Of a stretch of 64,000 nucleotides of DNA, positions 30,661 to 40,873 are shown piece after piece. Below the pieces are notes generated by a model that saw only the letters and a program-made list of their open reading frames with translations, ran no database searches and was not told the origin of the DNA. Every line of letters begins with the position of its first letter. The stretch's first letter is position 1. This stretch comes from a virus (taxonomy: Duplodnaviria > Caudoviricetes), in the IMG/VR virus record IMGVR_UViG_3300033073_001045, positions 40,004 through 104,003 of that record, one strand, 5' to 3'. The position numbers were made by a program, and so were the translations under genes.

Positions 30661-32019
30661 TTATGCTGGAGGATTGTTAGGATCAACAGGATTTTCCTGC
30701 TGAGATAGCTTCCATTGCTGATATAGAGTTTCAAGTGAAGCTGCTAGTGTTTGTGCAGAGTCAGTGATAACTCCATCTGCATTAAGGTCTAATGGCTGAG
30801 AGTCATGTACCAATGCATTATCTGTAAAGAATACGTCGTAAGGTTCTGTGTTAATTGTAATAACTAGTTCCTTGCCTTCTGAAACTCTAAGTTCTACTAT
30901 TGGCTGCCAATCTGCAAATGTAGGTGAATATACTTGATCTGATTCAAGTACTTCTGTAACATTAACAAACTTTGCAATTCCATCTCTTTTTATTAGAATA
31001 TAGTGAGATACTGAGTATTTATTTCCATTAATAACAATAACCTTATCAACAATATGAGCAGCAAGTGCTGTAATTGTTGTCTCATACTGTGTATTTATTA
31101 CTGGATTTTCTGATGACCACCCAGCAAAATATTCTGCTAGTGGAGTTCCGCTAGATAAATCTAGGCCATCAATATTAGCTGAATAAAGAACATCACCGAC
31201 AGAAAGGTTATGTGCTAAAACTAATCCTTCTGGAACCTTTGAGCTAATAAGTGTATCTGCACCAATTGATTTAACTGGTGTGAATCCAAATGGAGTAAAT
31301 CCGAATGGTGTAAATCCGAATGGCGTAAAACCAAACGGTGTAAATCCGAATGGCGTAAAGCCAAACGGTGTGAATCCAAACGGTGTAAATCCAAATGGAG
31401 CAAAACCAAATGGAACAAAGCTGAATGCTGTTGTTACGTTTACAGACGAAGCTGAAGTACCAGAATTACCATTAGCATTTGTTGCATAAACATTATATGT
31501 TTGTTGTGTGCCCATTTCCTGTCCAACGCTTATAGATGTAGCTGATGTATCTCCAGCTTTACCATCTGAAGCAGTCCAGTGATAATTTGTAATTGCTTTT
31601 CCACCGCTTGCTGGGGCTGACCATGAAACAGAGTCTGTTCCAGCTGAGGGAGAAGATGCACTTGGTGCATTTGGTGTTGCAGGAACGGTTGTCGCTGTAA
31701 CAGCACCTGATGCACTTGAAGCAACTGAGTTACCAGATGCATTTGAAGCAACTACTGTAAATGTATAACTTGTATCTGAAAGCAAACCAGTTACTGTAAG
31801 TGGTGATGAAGATCCAGTTGCTGTGAATCCGCCTGGTGACGATGTTACTGTATAAGATGTAGCAGCTGGTGAGTTAGCTGGCAAGCTAAATGATACAGTT
31901 ACTGCACCATTATTATATGGTCTTCCAGTTCCAACATCTGATACAGATGTAATTGATGGTTGTTTTGGCTCAAGAAAATCATTTGCTCCTTGGCTCATTC
32001 TACCTGCTTGTTTTGACAT
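30661..32019 (-). CDS. FN3-domain virion protein with 9 PFGF(T/A) repeats and a C-terminal Hint domain
   Basis: Two FN3 repeats (SYTVTSSPGG...YTFTVVASNASG; VSWSAPASGG...YNVYATNANG), the repeat tract, then SIGADTLI...SVSH...DVFFTDNALVHD/S. Confidence 0.85.
   Translation of the reverse strand: MSKQAGRMSQGANDFLEPKQPSITSVSDVGTGRPYNNGAVTVSFSLPANSPAATSYTVTSSPGGFTATGSSSPLTVTGLLSDTSYTFTVVASNASGNSVASSASGAVTATTVPATPNAPSASSPSAGTDSVSWSAPASGGKAITNYHWTASDGKAGDTSATSISVGQEMGTQQTYNVYATNANGNSGTSASSVNVTTAFSFVPFGFAPFGFTPFGFTPFGFTPFGFTPFGFTPFGFTPFGFTPFGFTPVKSIGADTLISSKVPEGLVLAHNLSVGDVLYSANIDGLDLSSGTPLAEYFAGWSSENPVINTQYETTITALAAHIVDKVIVINGNKYSVSHYILIKRDGIAKFVNVTEVLESDQVYSPTFADWQPIVELRVSEGKELVITINTEPYDVFFTDNALVHDSQPLDLNADGVITDSAQTLAASLETLYQQWKLSQQENPVDPNNPPA
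31279..31413 (-). repeat. 15-bp coding tandem repeat x9 (PFGFA + 8 PFGFT)
   Basis: 135 bp; synonymous third-position variation between units. Confidence 0.97.
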
Positions 32020-32043
32020 ATTGTAGTCTCCCTTTAATTTCTA

Positions 32044-33897
32044 TTAAGCTGATAGGTCTCCAAAGACCAACCATCCGCTTGCTGTTTTCATTGCTGTTGC
32101 AACTGAGTTTGTAGTTCTTAATTTTAGACCTGGGGTTCCAACTACACTGTTAGTTGAAGCAAACTGTGCACCTGTACCTGACTCTTGATAAAAGTCAATT
32201 GATTGACCTGTTGAATATCCTGTAGCAGGCAAAGTAATTGTTACTGCTCCAGTAAGTGGAACAAACTTATCTTGTTCTCCTGATGCAAGTGTTGCAGAGG
32301 ATGAGATTGCTGTTGCAAAAGCGGTTATAGATGGAACTCCAGCTTTTACCTGTGTGCCATCTGAGAAAACAATACCAGATGATGGTGTAACTGTTGTTGC
32401 CTCAAATGCTCCAACCTTTAGAGCATCCATTGAGCCCTGTGCAAAATTAACTGTTGTTGTTGGTTCATCTGTTACACCCTTAAAAAGCTTCCACTTTCCA
32501 TCAGATGTATCTTTAACTAAACCTTGGTGTGCATATGTTCCATCATTATATGATGCTACAAAGCCTAGGTCTACTGAGTTTGAATTGTTTCCTTCACCTA
32601 AATAAATTACTGGATCAGCTGTTGTAAAGTTTGTTGTATTTACTGTTGTAGTTGTTCCAGATACTGTTAGGTTTCCAGATATTGTTAAATTACCAGATAG
32701 TGTTTGAGATGCAGCATCTGTTTTTACTAATTTAGTTGTATCTGCAATTCCGTGTACATTTGTTGTATCTGCTTCGTGAGCTGATAGCGCAGTAGATGCT
32801 GCAGATGTTGCTGCTGTCTGAGCATCTGATGCTTTACCATCTGCATAAGTTTTTGTTGCTAGTGCTGAAGTATCTGCAATTCCATGAACATTTGTTGTAT
32901 CTGCTTCGTGAGTAGAAACTGCATTGTCAGCATAAGATTTTGTAGCAAGTGCAGATGTATCGGCAATTCCATGTACTGAGGTTGTATCCGCAGCATGTAC
33001 TCCAAGTGCATCAGAGGCTGCAGTGATTGCTGCTGCTTCTGCATTATCTGCAGCTGTATCAGCATAAGACTTTGTAGCAAGAAGTGATGTATCTGCGATA
33101 CCATGTACTGAAGTTGTTGTTGCATTGTGTGTAGAGACTGCTCCAGTTGCAAAAGACTGAGCTGTAGTACCTACAGTATCTGCATAATTTTCAGCTGCTG
33201 TTATTGCTTCTGACTTTTTAGTATCTGCATAAGCTGCAGAAGATGTTCCTAAAGATGTAATTAGATTTTCTGCTATTCCATGCTTTGTGTCTGTGTAATT
33301 CTTAGCTGCGTTTAGAGAGTCAGCAACATCTGCATCTGTTGCAAGAACTGATGTGTCTGCAATTCCGTGTACATTTAATGACTTATCTGTATGTATTGTT
33401 AGTGCAGCAAGATCTTGTGTTTGCAAATATTCTGCATACTCTCTGCTTGCAACCACTGTTAAATCAATTTCTGATGTTGGGACTTTACCTTGTGCGTTTA
33501 GTGATGCAACGCCATTAGCAGCTCCACGATCATCCTGTGGGATATATGTAGCATCTGCTGTATTTTGTATTGCAGTTTCTCTTGCGTCTACATAAGACTT
33601 AAGTGCAATTACATTTGAGTCTACTGTAATTTCAATTGTATTTGTGCCGTCATTGTATGACTTTGTGAGTCCAGCTCCCAATGAAAGGGCATTATTAATA
33701 GCATCCTGTGAGATTTCGCCGATAGCAACATCTGAGTTGTTAGCGTATGAAAGAGCAGTCCAGGTGCTTGTTCCGTTACCAAACTTAAATAGATTTGTGT
33801 CTGTTTCAACACCCATTTCACCAGCTGCTAGAACTGGATTTGTTGTGGACCACTGTGAAGCAGTTCCTCGTCTTACTTGAATTCTTACTGTTGCCAT
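32044..33897 (-). CDS. Tail fibre-like structural protein (Mtd-N-like N-terminus, HGIADTS repeats)
   Basis: RIQVRRGTASQW...NPVLAAGEMGVETDT...KFGNG N-terminus; five VHGIADT repeats. Confidence 0.75.
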   Translation of the reverse strand: MATVRIQVRRGTASQWSTTNPVLAAGEMGVETDTNLFKFGNGTSTWTALSYANNSDVAIGEISQDAINNALSLGAGLTKSYNDGTNTIEITVDSNVIALKSYVDARETAIQNTADATYIPQDDRGAANGVASLNAQGKVPTSEIDLTVVASREYAEYLQTQDLAALTIHTDKSLNVHGIADTSVLATDADVADSLNAAKNYTDTKHGIAENLITSLGTSSAAYADTKKSEAITAAENYADTVGTTAQSFATGAVSTHNATTTSVHGIADTSLLATKSYADTAADNAEAAAITAASDALGVHAADTTSVHGIADTSALATKSYADNAVSTHEADTTNVHGIADTSALATKTYADGKASDAQTAATSAASTALSAHEADTTNVHGIADTTKLVKTDAASQTLSGNLTISGNLTVSGTTTTVNTTNFTTADPVIYLGEGNNSNSVDLGFVASYNDGTYAHQGLVKDTSDGKWKLFKGVTDEPTTTVNFAQGSMDALKVGAFEATTVTPSSGIVFSDGTQVKAGVPSITAFATAISSSATLASGEQDKFVPLTGAVTITLPATGYSTGQSIDFYQESGTGAQFASTNSVVGTPGLKLRTTNSVATAMKTASGWLVFGDLSA

Positions 33898-33939
33898 TTT
33901 ATCTCCTAGTTTTTAATTATAGCATTTATTAACTTTTAA

Positions 33940-34278
33940 TTAGGCTATTTCGCCTGAATCAAAAATCATTGATGCTTCTTCTGTTGATGGTGTGCCCCCA
34001 TCTGCGAATTTTGTGGCAGTGGTAACAACACCATTTGCCTGAACTGTATAAACTGGTTGACCATCATAATCAATAGCCAGCCCAATATCCATAAAAGATA
34101 TACCGCTTACATCTGGAATCTGTGAAACAAGAGCTATTGGCTCCCATGTTCCATTGATGTATATCTCTAATTGATTTGAGGAAGAATTAAATGCTACAGG
34201 AGTTGACCCTAGCGTTATCTGGTTGCCCTCTACTACAAGGCCATTTTTTACTCTAAAATTTTTATCTGTTGTTGCCAT
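33940..34278 (-). CDS. Small structural protein
   Basis: KNFRVKNGLVV N-terminus shared with the neighbouring fibre gene. Confidence 0.55.
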   Translation of the reverse strand: MATTDKNFRVKNGLVVEGNQITLGSTPVAFNSSSNQLEIYINGTWEPIALVSQIPDVSGISFMDIGLAIDYDGQPVYTVQANGVVTTATKFADGGTPSTEEASMIFDSGEIA

Positions 34279-34346
34279 TTAAGTTCACATATCCCCTAAT
34301 TGTTTTGGTGGGGTTTTGAAAGGACCCCAAACCTTTTATTTAATTA

Positions 34347-35594
34347 TTAGTCACCATATGACATAAGTGTTCCAGAAACAATTATCTCTGTTCCATCATT
34401 ATGTGTAGGTGATACCTTAAGTTCAATATTATTGCCGTTCATTCCAGCTGTAATATCTCCCAAAATTCCATTGGTGGTTACAATTCCATATTCTGAAATT
34501 GCAATATTATTTGAGTTGTCTCTTGTTAAAAGAATCTCAGATACCTGTGAGTTGGCTCCGTTTCTCATTCTAACTAAGAACTTAGCAGATGCACCCTTGT
34601 TGTGATTCCATGAACATGCCACAACTTCGCTACCTGTATTAGCGTAAGCATATGATGCAATTTGATCTGTCATCCAGCCAATTGAAACTTCTGTGAATTG
34701 TGTGTCTCCAGAAGTTAGGCTATTTACAGCATTATCAGTATATGTAGCTGCTGCTGTCTGTGCCGCATTAGCCTTATTAGTTGCATCTGTTGACGCTGTA
34801 GCTTCTGCTGCTGTCTGTGCAGCTGATGCGTATCCCTGTGCTGCTGTATCAAGATCTGAAATTTCTTGGTTTACATAAGTTGTATCTGCTTTAGTTGCAA
34901 CTAAATTAGCAACATCTGTTGCATAATTTGGGTTATCTGCAATTGCTGCAGCCAATTCATTAAGTGTATCAAGAAGTGCTGGTGCTCCAGAAACAAGCGC
35001 TGCGACTTCCTGGTCTGTGTATGCATTAGCATCTGAAATTGCTTCTGATTTAGCAGTTGCAATTGCTGAATTACGTGCTGAGACTTCATTTGTAATTGCT
35101 GTTGAAATTGCTGAGTTACGATCTGAAACTTCATCTGAAATTGCAGATGAAATTGCATTATTTCTATTTGTAACTTCTGTTGATATTAAACCATCTGCAT
35201 AATTTTCTGCATTTGACTGTGCATTATTTGCTTTAGTTGTTGCATCAGAAGCTGCAGTACTTACTGCATTGCTTGCTGCAGAATCAGCATAAGTTTGTGC
35301 ACTTGCAAGTGCTGCATTTGCTTTATTTGTAGCATCTGTTGCTGCTGCAGATTGAGCAGCTGAAGCAGATCCATATGAGTCAAAAGTATTTGCATTGACT
35401 GTGAGGTTTCCAGCACCATCTACGTTAAATACATTTGTATCAACAGATTTAACAAGAGTTGCTCCACCAACAAGGTTGAGAATATAGTTATCTCCGCCTG
35501 TTTCTGTAAGTATATTTTGGCCATTGATGGTACCTGTTGTACCTTCTACAATAAGACCTGATTTGATTCTAAAGTTTTTTACTACCGTTGCCAT
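34347..35594 (-). CDS. Fibre-like structural protein
   Basis: AATDATNKAN coiled repeats and APALLDTLNELAAAI fibre motif. Confidence 0.7.
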   Translation of the reverse strand: MATVVKNFRIKSGLIVEGTTGTINGQNILTETGGDNYILNLVGGATLVKSVDTNVFNVDGAGNLTVNANTFDSYGSASAAQSAAATDATNKANAALASAQTYADSAASNAVSTAASDATTKANNAQSNAENYADGLISTEVTNRNNAISSAISDEVSDRNSAISTAITNEVSARNSAIATAKSEAISDANAYTDQEVAALVSGAPALLDTLNELAAAIADNPNYATDVANLVATKADTTYVNQEISDLDTAAQGYASAAQTAAEATASTDATNKANAAQTAAATYTDNAVNSLTSGDTQFTEVSIGWMTDQIASYAYANTGSEVVACSWNHNKGASAKFLVRMRNGANSQVSEILLTRDNSNNIAISEYGIVTTNGILGDITAGMNGNNIELKVSPTHNDGTEIIVSGTLMSYGD

Positions 35595-35619
35595 ATTTAT
35601 GACTCCTCTTGCTACCTAT

Positions 35620-36171
35620 TTATATTTTTACAGCTGTTCTGATAAACCTTGCAGATATATCAGTACTTACTGGTGCCACTACAAGACTAATTATACCTGA
35701 ATTTTCTTCAAATGTATAACTAAATAAACTGTTATTGGTATTTGAAACAATATCTGATTCTGAAACGTGTACATTCATACCATCTTGAACTGCAGATAAT
35801 GTACATGTGTAAAATTCTGCACCTCTTGTTATCTGAAGTCTATACTGTACACTTCTCCATACATCTATTGCAAAAGAGTCAATAGATGTTGGATTTTCTA
35901 TACCATTAACAGTAAGATCGTTATTGCCATCCAGGCCAAGCAACTCTGAAATATTATCAGTATTATTTGATAAACCATCTACTAGTGTTGCTAGCTCATT
36001 AACCTTATATGTTATTGTTGAGCTATCTGATGAATTTGTTACTCCAATAACATTTTCTATTGCCTCTATAGCATCATTTACATTCTGGTGCTGCTGGGCA
36101 TGACCAGATAATGAGTCAGTTGCTTCAGGGTTTGAAAGGTTATCTTTTTCTACAGGAAATGTTGTTGTCAT
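35620..36171 (-). CDS. Structural protein
   Basis: HAQQHQNVNDAIEAIE N-terminal motif; C-terminal beta domain similar to that of 34347-35594. Confidence 0.55.
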   Translation of the reverse strand: MTTTFPVEKDNLSNPEATDSLSGHAQQHQNVNDAIEAIENVIGVTNSSDSSTITYKVNELATLVDGLSNNTDNISELLGLDGNNDLTVNGIENPTSIDSFAIDVWRSVQYRLQITRGAEFYTCTLSAVQDGMNVHVSESDIVSNTNNSLFSYTFEENSGIISLVVAPVSTDISARFIRTAVKI

Positions 36172-36218
36172 TTTCCCTCCTTGTGGTGCATCTTATATAT
36201 GTAATTATACACTACATT

Positions 36219-39053
36219 TTATTGCTGCTGTGATGATTTCCATTCTTGGTACAGTTGCTCTAATGATGTTGCCAGGCTTTGACTGCTTGAGCTTATTGCT
36301 CCTGGTGTTTGTGCATTAAACTCATGTGAGTCGTGAACAATAGCATTGTCTGTAAAAAATACATCGTACGGCTCTGTATTAATTGATATAACCAAATCCT
36401 TTGATTGTTGATGCCTGAATTCAAGAATTGGCTGCCAGGCATCGTACAAAGGAGAATAAATGCTATCTGTTTCAAGTACGTCATATACTTTTACAAACTT
36501 AACTTCATCATTTCTCTTTACTAAAATATAGTGAGAAAGTGAATATTTATTTCCATTTATAATTATAACCTCATCAACTATTCTTGCAGATAACGACACA
36601 ATAGTTGTTTCATAGTTTGTATCTATGACAGGATTTTCTGCCGACCATGATCCTAAATATGAAGAAAGCGATTGTCCAGATGTTAGGTCTAGGCCTTCTA
36701 TATTTGCTGAGTATAATACGTCTCCAACAGAAAGGTTATGTGCTAAAACTAATCCTTCTGGAACTTTAGATGCAACTAATGTATCTGCACCAATTGATTT
36801 AACTGGAGTAAATCCAAATGGTGTGAATCCAAATGGTGTAAAACCAAATGGTGTAAAACCAAATGGTGTAAAACCAAATGGTGTAAAACCAAATGGTGTA
36901 AAACCAAATGGCGGAATATAACAAGCATTTGGTATTCCAAGCAAAGAAATAATTTCTGCGCTAGATAGATTTGGATTAGATGTGGTGCCAGTTATCATAC
37001 TGTAACCAGTTCCAGTATTAGGGTAGGCACCTTGACCACCATTTGCAGTATATGCTCCATAATAGTTACCACTAGGTCCATGACACATTACGTATATATT
37101 ATATCCTGGAGCCTGATACTGATATCTATTAATACTAATTCCAGTTGGGAAACTTATATATCTTGTGTCATATGCAGTTCCAGCAATTGGTGACTGTGAA
37201 ACAATTTGTCCAGCTAACCCAGGATCTGATGTTCCAGTATTTTGATTTGTAGAAAGTGTCCAATCGCCATATGTTCCATCAGCGGTTGTTGAGCCTACAT
37301 AATTTGGCACGTACTTATAAACAACTGCTGGCTCTTGATAAATATATGAGCTAACACTAACTGTAACTGGTAGATCTGCTTGCTGCACTGAATATGTTCC
37401 AGCTGAAGGTGTTTGACTAGCAATCTTGCCAACTAATGAATTGTTTGATGTTCCAGTTCCAGCTGCATAGTAAATAACATAGTTAGTTCCATTATATGCG
37501 CTTTGAGATCCAACAAAATTTGGAATAGTTACTGAAACTGGAGGATTTACTGTAGCAGTAGCATATCCAGATGATGCTACTGGATTTGATGTTCCAGCAG
37601 AGTTTGTTGCAGTAGCAAAAGCACGATATCTTATTCCATTTTCAACATCGCTAGCATCAACAGTATATGATTGCGGTGACGTACCATTTCTTAGTTCAAC
37701 ACCATCTGAAATTGATTGTGGTACTGAACCAGCTTTAGCAATAATCTTTACATTATATGATGTAGGGTTATTCTCCCAACCACTTGTTGATGCCGTAATT
37801 GTGTCTCCAGCATATACTTCTCCAGTTGGAGACAAGAATGCTGTTCCGTTTGCTGGTATTTTATATGCAGATGTAAATACACCAGAATTTGAATCCCAAT
37901 AATATTCTTGTGTTGGATTTTCAAGTGTGATGGTTGACGGTGTTCCTTGGAATCCACTTGAGGTTCCATATATTCTTACTTTCCATGGACCAGACTCAAC
38001 TCCTGCTTGATAGCAAGTTATATAGCTTGATGTGGAATTTATTCCTGTCATTGATACTGGACCAAAATCTGATCCGTCTGGCCATAATGAATATATCTCA
38101 TATCTTGTTGGAGTTATATTATTTAGTGACCATTCAATTTTACCCGCATATTGATCATATAGTCCAGTTGCAGTTATTGTTGCAGTTACAGATGGCTTAT
38201 TTGGAAGAAGATCAAGGATATCTTTGCTTGATCCAGTTCCAGTAAATGTAAAGTTTTGATTTGCTGTAGCCCAACGCCACCACTCTAATGCTTGACTTGT
38301 ATTATTAAATGGTTGAACAGATATGCCAAGGGTTGTCTTGCCAAATAAAAATGTAGGGTCTGGCGATCCAAAATCTTTGTCATAAAGATTATTTGTTTTT
38401 CCATTTATTGTTATTGTTTCCGCTGGTATTCCTGGACCCTGATATGTTACATAATATCCATCAGCACCTTCTGAAACATCCCAGAAAAATCTTATCTTTC
38501 CATTTAAATATCCGCTTCCATCTTGTTGAACAAAAGCTGTTGAATTTGCTATTCTTTGTGGTGGGAGTGGAGAGCTATCAATAGATGCGTGTACTGGTTC
38601 ACTATCTGTTCCTCCAGTAACTGCAATAACTGTACATTTAATAAAATATCCAACCTCATCTTTTGTTAATATATAACTACTAGATGTTGCACCAGAAATA
38701 TCTAGCCATGTTGTTATTGTTTTATATCTTGTTGGTACATATGAGCTTCCGTTTTCTTGAAACTCCTCAACTCTTGAATTATATCCCTTTGACCATTGAT
38801 ATTTATATGAGTCTGGCTCAATTGCCCACGTTCCATTACTTACTGATACTGTTTGTCCAGCTCCATATCCAAATGATCCAGCAGACCAAGTAAATTCTGG
38901 AGCAGTAATATTTGATTGTCCTGAGTAAAAGTCAACCCATGCTGAGCCATTCCACATTAAAGCTTTTTTAGCAGACTTCCATGAGCCACCGTCAAAAATG
39001 TTTAATTTTTTAGGACTATTCCAGCTTGAACCATCAAATATTTTAAATGACAT
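36219..39053 (-). CDS. Ig-like/PASTA-like multidomain virion protein with 7 PFGFT repeats and a C-terminal Hint domain
   Basis: Ig-like SNGTW...YKYQW...GATSSSY domain; two VP(N)xVG...G(K/Q)IxSQxPxAG units; PFGFT x7; SIGADTLV...SLSH...DVFFTDNAIVHD/S. Confidence 0.82.
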   Translation of the reverse strand: MSFKIFDGSSWNSPKKLNIFDGGSWKSAKKALMWNGSAWVDFYSGQSNITAPEFTWSAGSFGYGAGQTVSVSNGTWAIEPDSYKYQWSKGYNSRVEEFQENGSSYVPTRYKTITTWLDISGATSSSYILTKDEVGYFIKCTVIAVTGGTDSEPVHASIDSSPLPPQRIANSTAFVQQDGSGYLNGKIRFFWDVSEGADGYYVTYQGPGIPAETITINGKTNNLYDKDFGSPDPTFLFGKTTLGISVQPFNNTSQALEWWRWATANQNFTFTGTGSSKDILDLLPNKPSVTATITATGLYDQYAGKIEWSLNNITPTRYEIYSLWPDGSDFGPVSMTGINSTSSYITCYQAGVESGPWKVRIYGTSSGFQGTPSTITLENPTQEYYWDSNSGVFTSAYKIPANGTAFLSPTGEVYAGDTITASTSGWENNPTSYNVKIIAKAGSVPQSISDGVELRNGTSPQSYTVDASDVENGIRYRAFATATNSAGTSNPVASSGYATATVNPPVSVTIPNFVGSQSAYNGTNYVIYYAAGTGTSNNSLVGKIASQTPSAGTYSVQQADLPVTVSVSSYIYQEPAVVYKYVPNYVGSTTADGTYGDWTLSTNQNTGTSDPGLAGQIVSQSPIAGTAYDTRYISFPTGISINRYQYQAPGYNIYVMCHGPSGNYYGAYTANGGQGAYPNTGTGYSMITGTTSNPNLSSAEIISLLGIPNACYIPPFGFTPFGFTPFGFTPFGFTPFGFTPFGFTPFGFTPVKSIGADTLVASKVPEGLVLAHNLSVGDVLYSANIEGLDLTSGQSLSSYLGSWSAENPVIDTNYETTIVSLSARIVDEVIIINGNKYSLSHYILVKRNDEVKFVKVYDVLETDSIYSPLYDAWQPILEFRHQQSKDLVISINTEPYDVFFTDNAIVHDSHEFNAQTPGAISSSSQSLATSLEQLYQEWKSSQQQ
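36807..36911 (-). repeat. 15-bp coding tandem repeat x7 (PFGFT)
   Basis: 105 bp, mostly identical units. Confidence 0.97.
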
Positions 39054-39061
39054 TGTATCTC

Positions 39062-40873
39062 CTAGTACTGAATATAAATATCTCCGACGGATACACCTGT
39101 AGGAGGAGTAGCGCTTGTACCGTAAGATATGGTGTTGCCAGTTATTGCTGTATTAGAATTTGAATATCCGCTAGAAATTGTTGCGGTGCCACCCAAAGAA
39201 ACTTGTGTTCCATTTATGGTTATATAGCTATTCTCTAAATATGAATTTGAAATGCTAGAAACCAGTCTAACAGATCCGTTTGCTGTTTCTAATATTCCAG
39301 AACCAAGATCTGGTAAAGCAATAGTTCCAGTAAATACAGGATTATTTTTTGTAGCATATGTATTTTCTGCATCTGAAATAGATAAATAAGTTGCAACTGC
39401 ATTATCTACACTTAGGAAAGTTTCTGCAAGTGTTGCCTCTTTAAGATATGTAATATCTGCTTCTGATTTAGTTAAATATGAAGCTGTAGCATCTGTTAAA
39501 GACAGATATGTTGTTGCAGCATCAGACTCCTTTAAATATCCTACAATTTCAGCTCCAGTAGGTATAGTTACAACTCCAGTAAATATAGGATCATGTTTTG
39601 GAGCCTTTAATGCTACATTAGAAATAGTTTCATATGTTGTGGCTGCCAAAGATGAGTCTAGCTTTAATCCAATTGCTGTATTAATTGCAGACAAACCATC
39701 TTGATTATTTGAAAGAGCTGTAGCTAGTTCTGCAAGAGTATTTAGTGTTCCAGGTGCTGATGCAACAAGAGCTGCAACTGCATCATCTGCATATTGTTTA
39801 GTAGCAATATTTGTTGGTATAACTGAATCTGCAAGTTTACCGCTTGAATCCAATCCAGCAAAACCATTTATTGCATTTCTGTCTGCTTCTAAAACATAAT
39901 CAGACAATGTGTTATTTAAATTAGATGTTAGTTCTGTTCTTAAATCATCAACTGCTCCAAGGGCAACTTGAAGTACTTGCCCTCTTGCTGAATTTGTTGC
40001 GGCAACCGCTCTAGCATTTGTAAAATAGAGATTTGTTCCTTCTGGAAGATCTGTAGTAGTATGAATACCTATATTTATATTTGCAACAGCTGAAGCTATA
40101 TCAGACGCAACCGCTGTTCTTGCTCTTGTGTCTGTAAAATACAGCCTTGATCCTTCTGATATATTTGAAGTTGTTAGGCCTCCAACCGCTGCTGTAATTG
40201 CAGAGGATCTGGCATTTGCTTCTGATTGAATTGCAGCATTTCTTAGAATAACTTCGTTTGAAATGGCTGATTCAATTGCGGCAGTAAGAGCTGTAGATAT
40301 ATCAAGATCTTTATCTGTTGCGTCTGTTGCTGCCGCTAAAATAGCTTCTGATTTAGCTGCATTTGCTTTTGCTGATGCATCTGTAGCTGCAGCAGATATT
40401 GCTTCTGCTTTTGCATTATTTGCCTTTGTAGTAGCATCTGTAGCTGCAGCAGATATTGCTTCTGCTTTTGCAATAGAAATATTTTCTTCTGCATTTGCTT
40501 CAGCTAACGAAAAGGCATTTGTAATGTTATCTGCTACTGCTGCTTCTGCTCTAGCATCTGTAAAATAAAGATTTGAGCCTTCTCTAATTCCTGTAGTTGA
40601 AACTGCATTTAAAGCTGCAGCAAAATCTGCAGAAATTGATATTTCATCTGGCAACTGAGACACATCAATTTTACCAACAGAATTTAGTGTAGCAATTCCA
40701 TTTGCCTCTCCAGGCTTTAGTGCATACGAAGTAATATCGTTCCAATGTAGACCATTACCAATTTTAAACTTTAGAGTATCTGTTTCTATACCAATTTCTC
40801 CATTAAGCAAAATTGGATTATTTAGAGTCCAGTTTATTGCCAGGTCTCTTCTAAATTGTATTCTTATTGACAT
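39062..40873 (-). CDS. Tail fibre-like structural protein (Mtd-N-like N-terminus)
   Basis: RIQFRRD...NPILLNGEIGIETDT; three EGxxLYFT repeats; APGTLNTLAELA; YLxxxxAxxTY repeats. Confidence 0.75.
   Translation of the reverse strand: MSIRIQFRRDLAINWTLNNPILLNGEIGIETDTLKFKIGNGLHWNDITSYALKPGEANGIATLNSVGKIDVSQLPDEISISADFAAALNAVSTTGIREGSNLYFTDARAEAAVADNITNAFSLAEANAEENISIAKAEAISAAATDATTKANNAKAEAISAAATDASAKANAAKSEAILAAATDATDKDLDISTALTAAIESAISNEVILRNAAIQSEANARSSAITAAVGGLTTSNISEGSRLYFTDTRARTAVASDIASAVANINIGIHTTTDLPEGTNLYFTNARAVAATNSARGQVLQVALGAVDDLRTELTSNLNNTLSDYVLEADRNAINGFAGLDSSGKLADSVIPTNIATKQYADDAVAALVASAPGTLNTLAELATALSNNQDGLSAINTAIGLKLDSSLAATTYETISNVALKAPKHDPIFTGVVTIPTGAEIVGYLKESDAATTYLSLTDATASYLTKSEADITYLKEATLAETFLSVDNAVATYLSISDAENTYATKNNPVFTGTIALPDLGSGILETANGSVRLVSSISNSYLENSYITINGTQVSLGGTATISSGYSNSNTAITGNTISYGTSATPPTGVSVGDIYIQY

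Noticed and set aside
30802-31269. Hint domains as mobile homing inteins
   Set aside because: No endonuclease insert, near-C-terminal position in non-enzymatic proteins, and duplicated together with flanking peptide; better described as BIL/Hedgehog-like.
31279-36911. 15-bp tandem repeats as a CRISPR array or DNA-level element
   Set aside because: No spacers; the repeats are in-frame coding units with synonymous variation.
32044-40873. Diversity-generating retroelement suggested by Mtd-N-like domains
   Set aside because: No reverse transcriptase and no template/variable repeat pair seen in the window.
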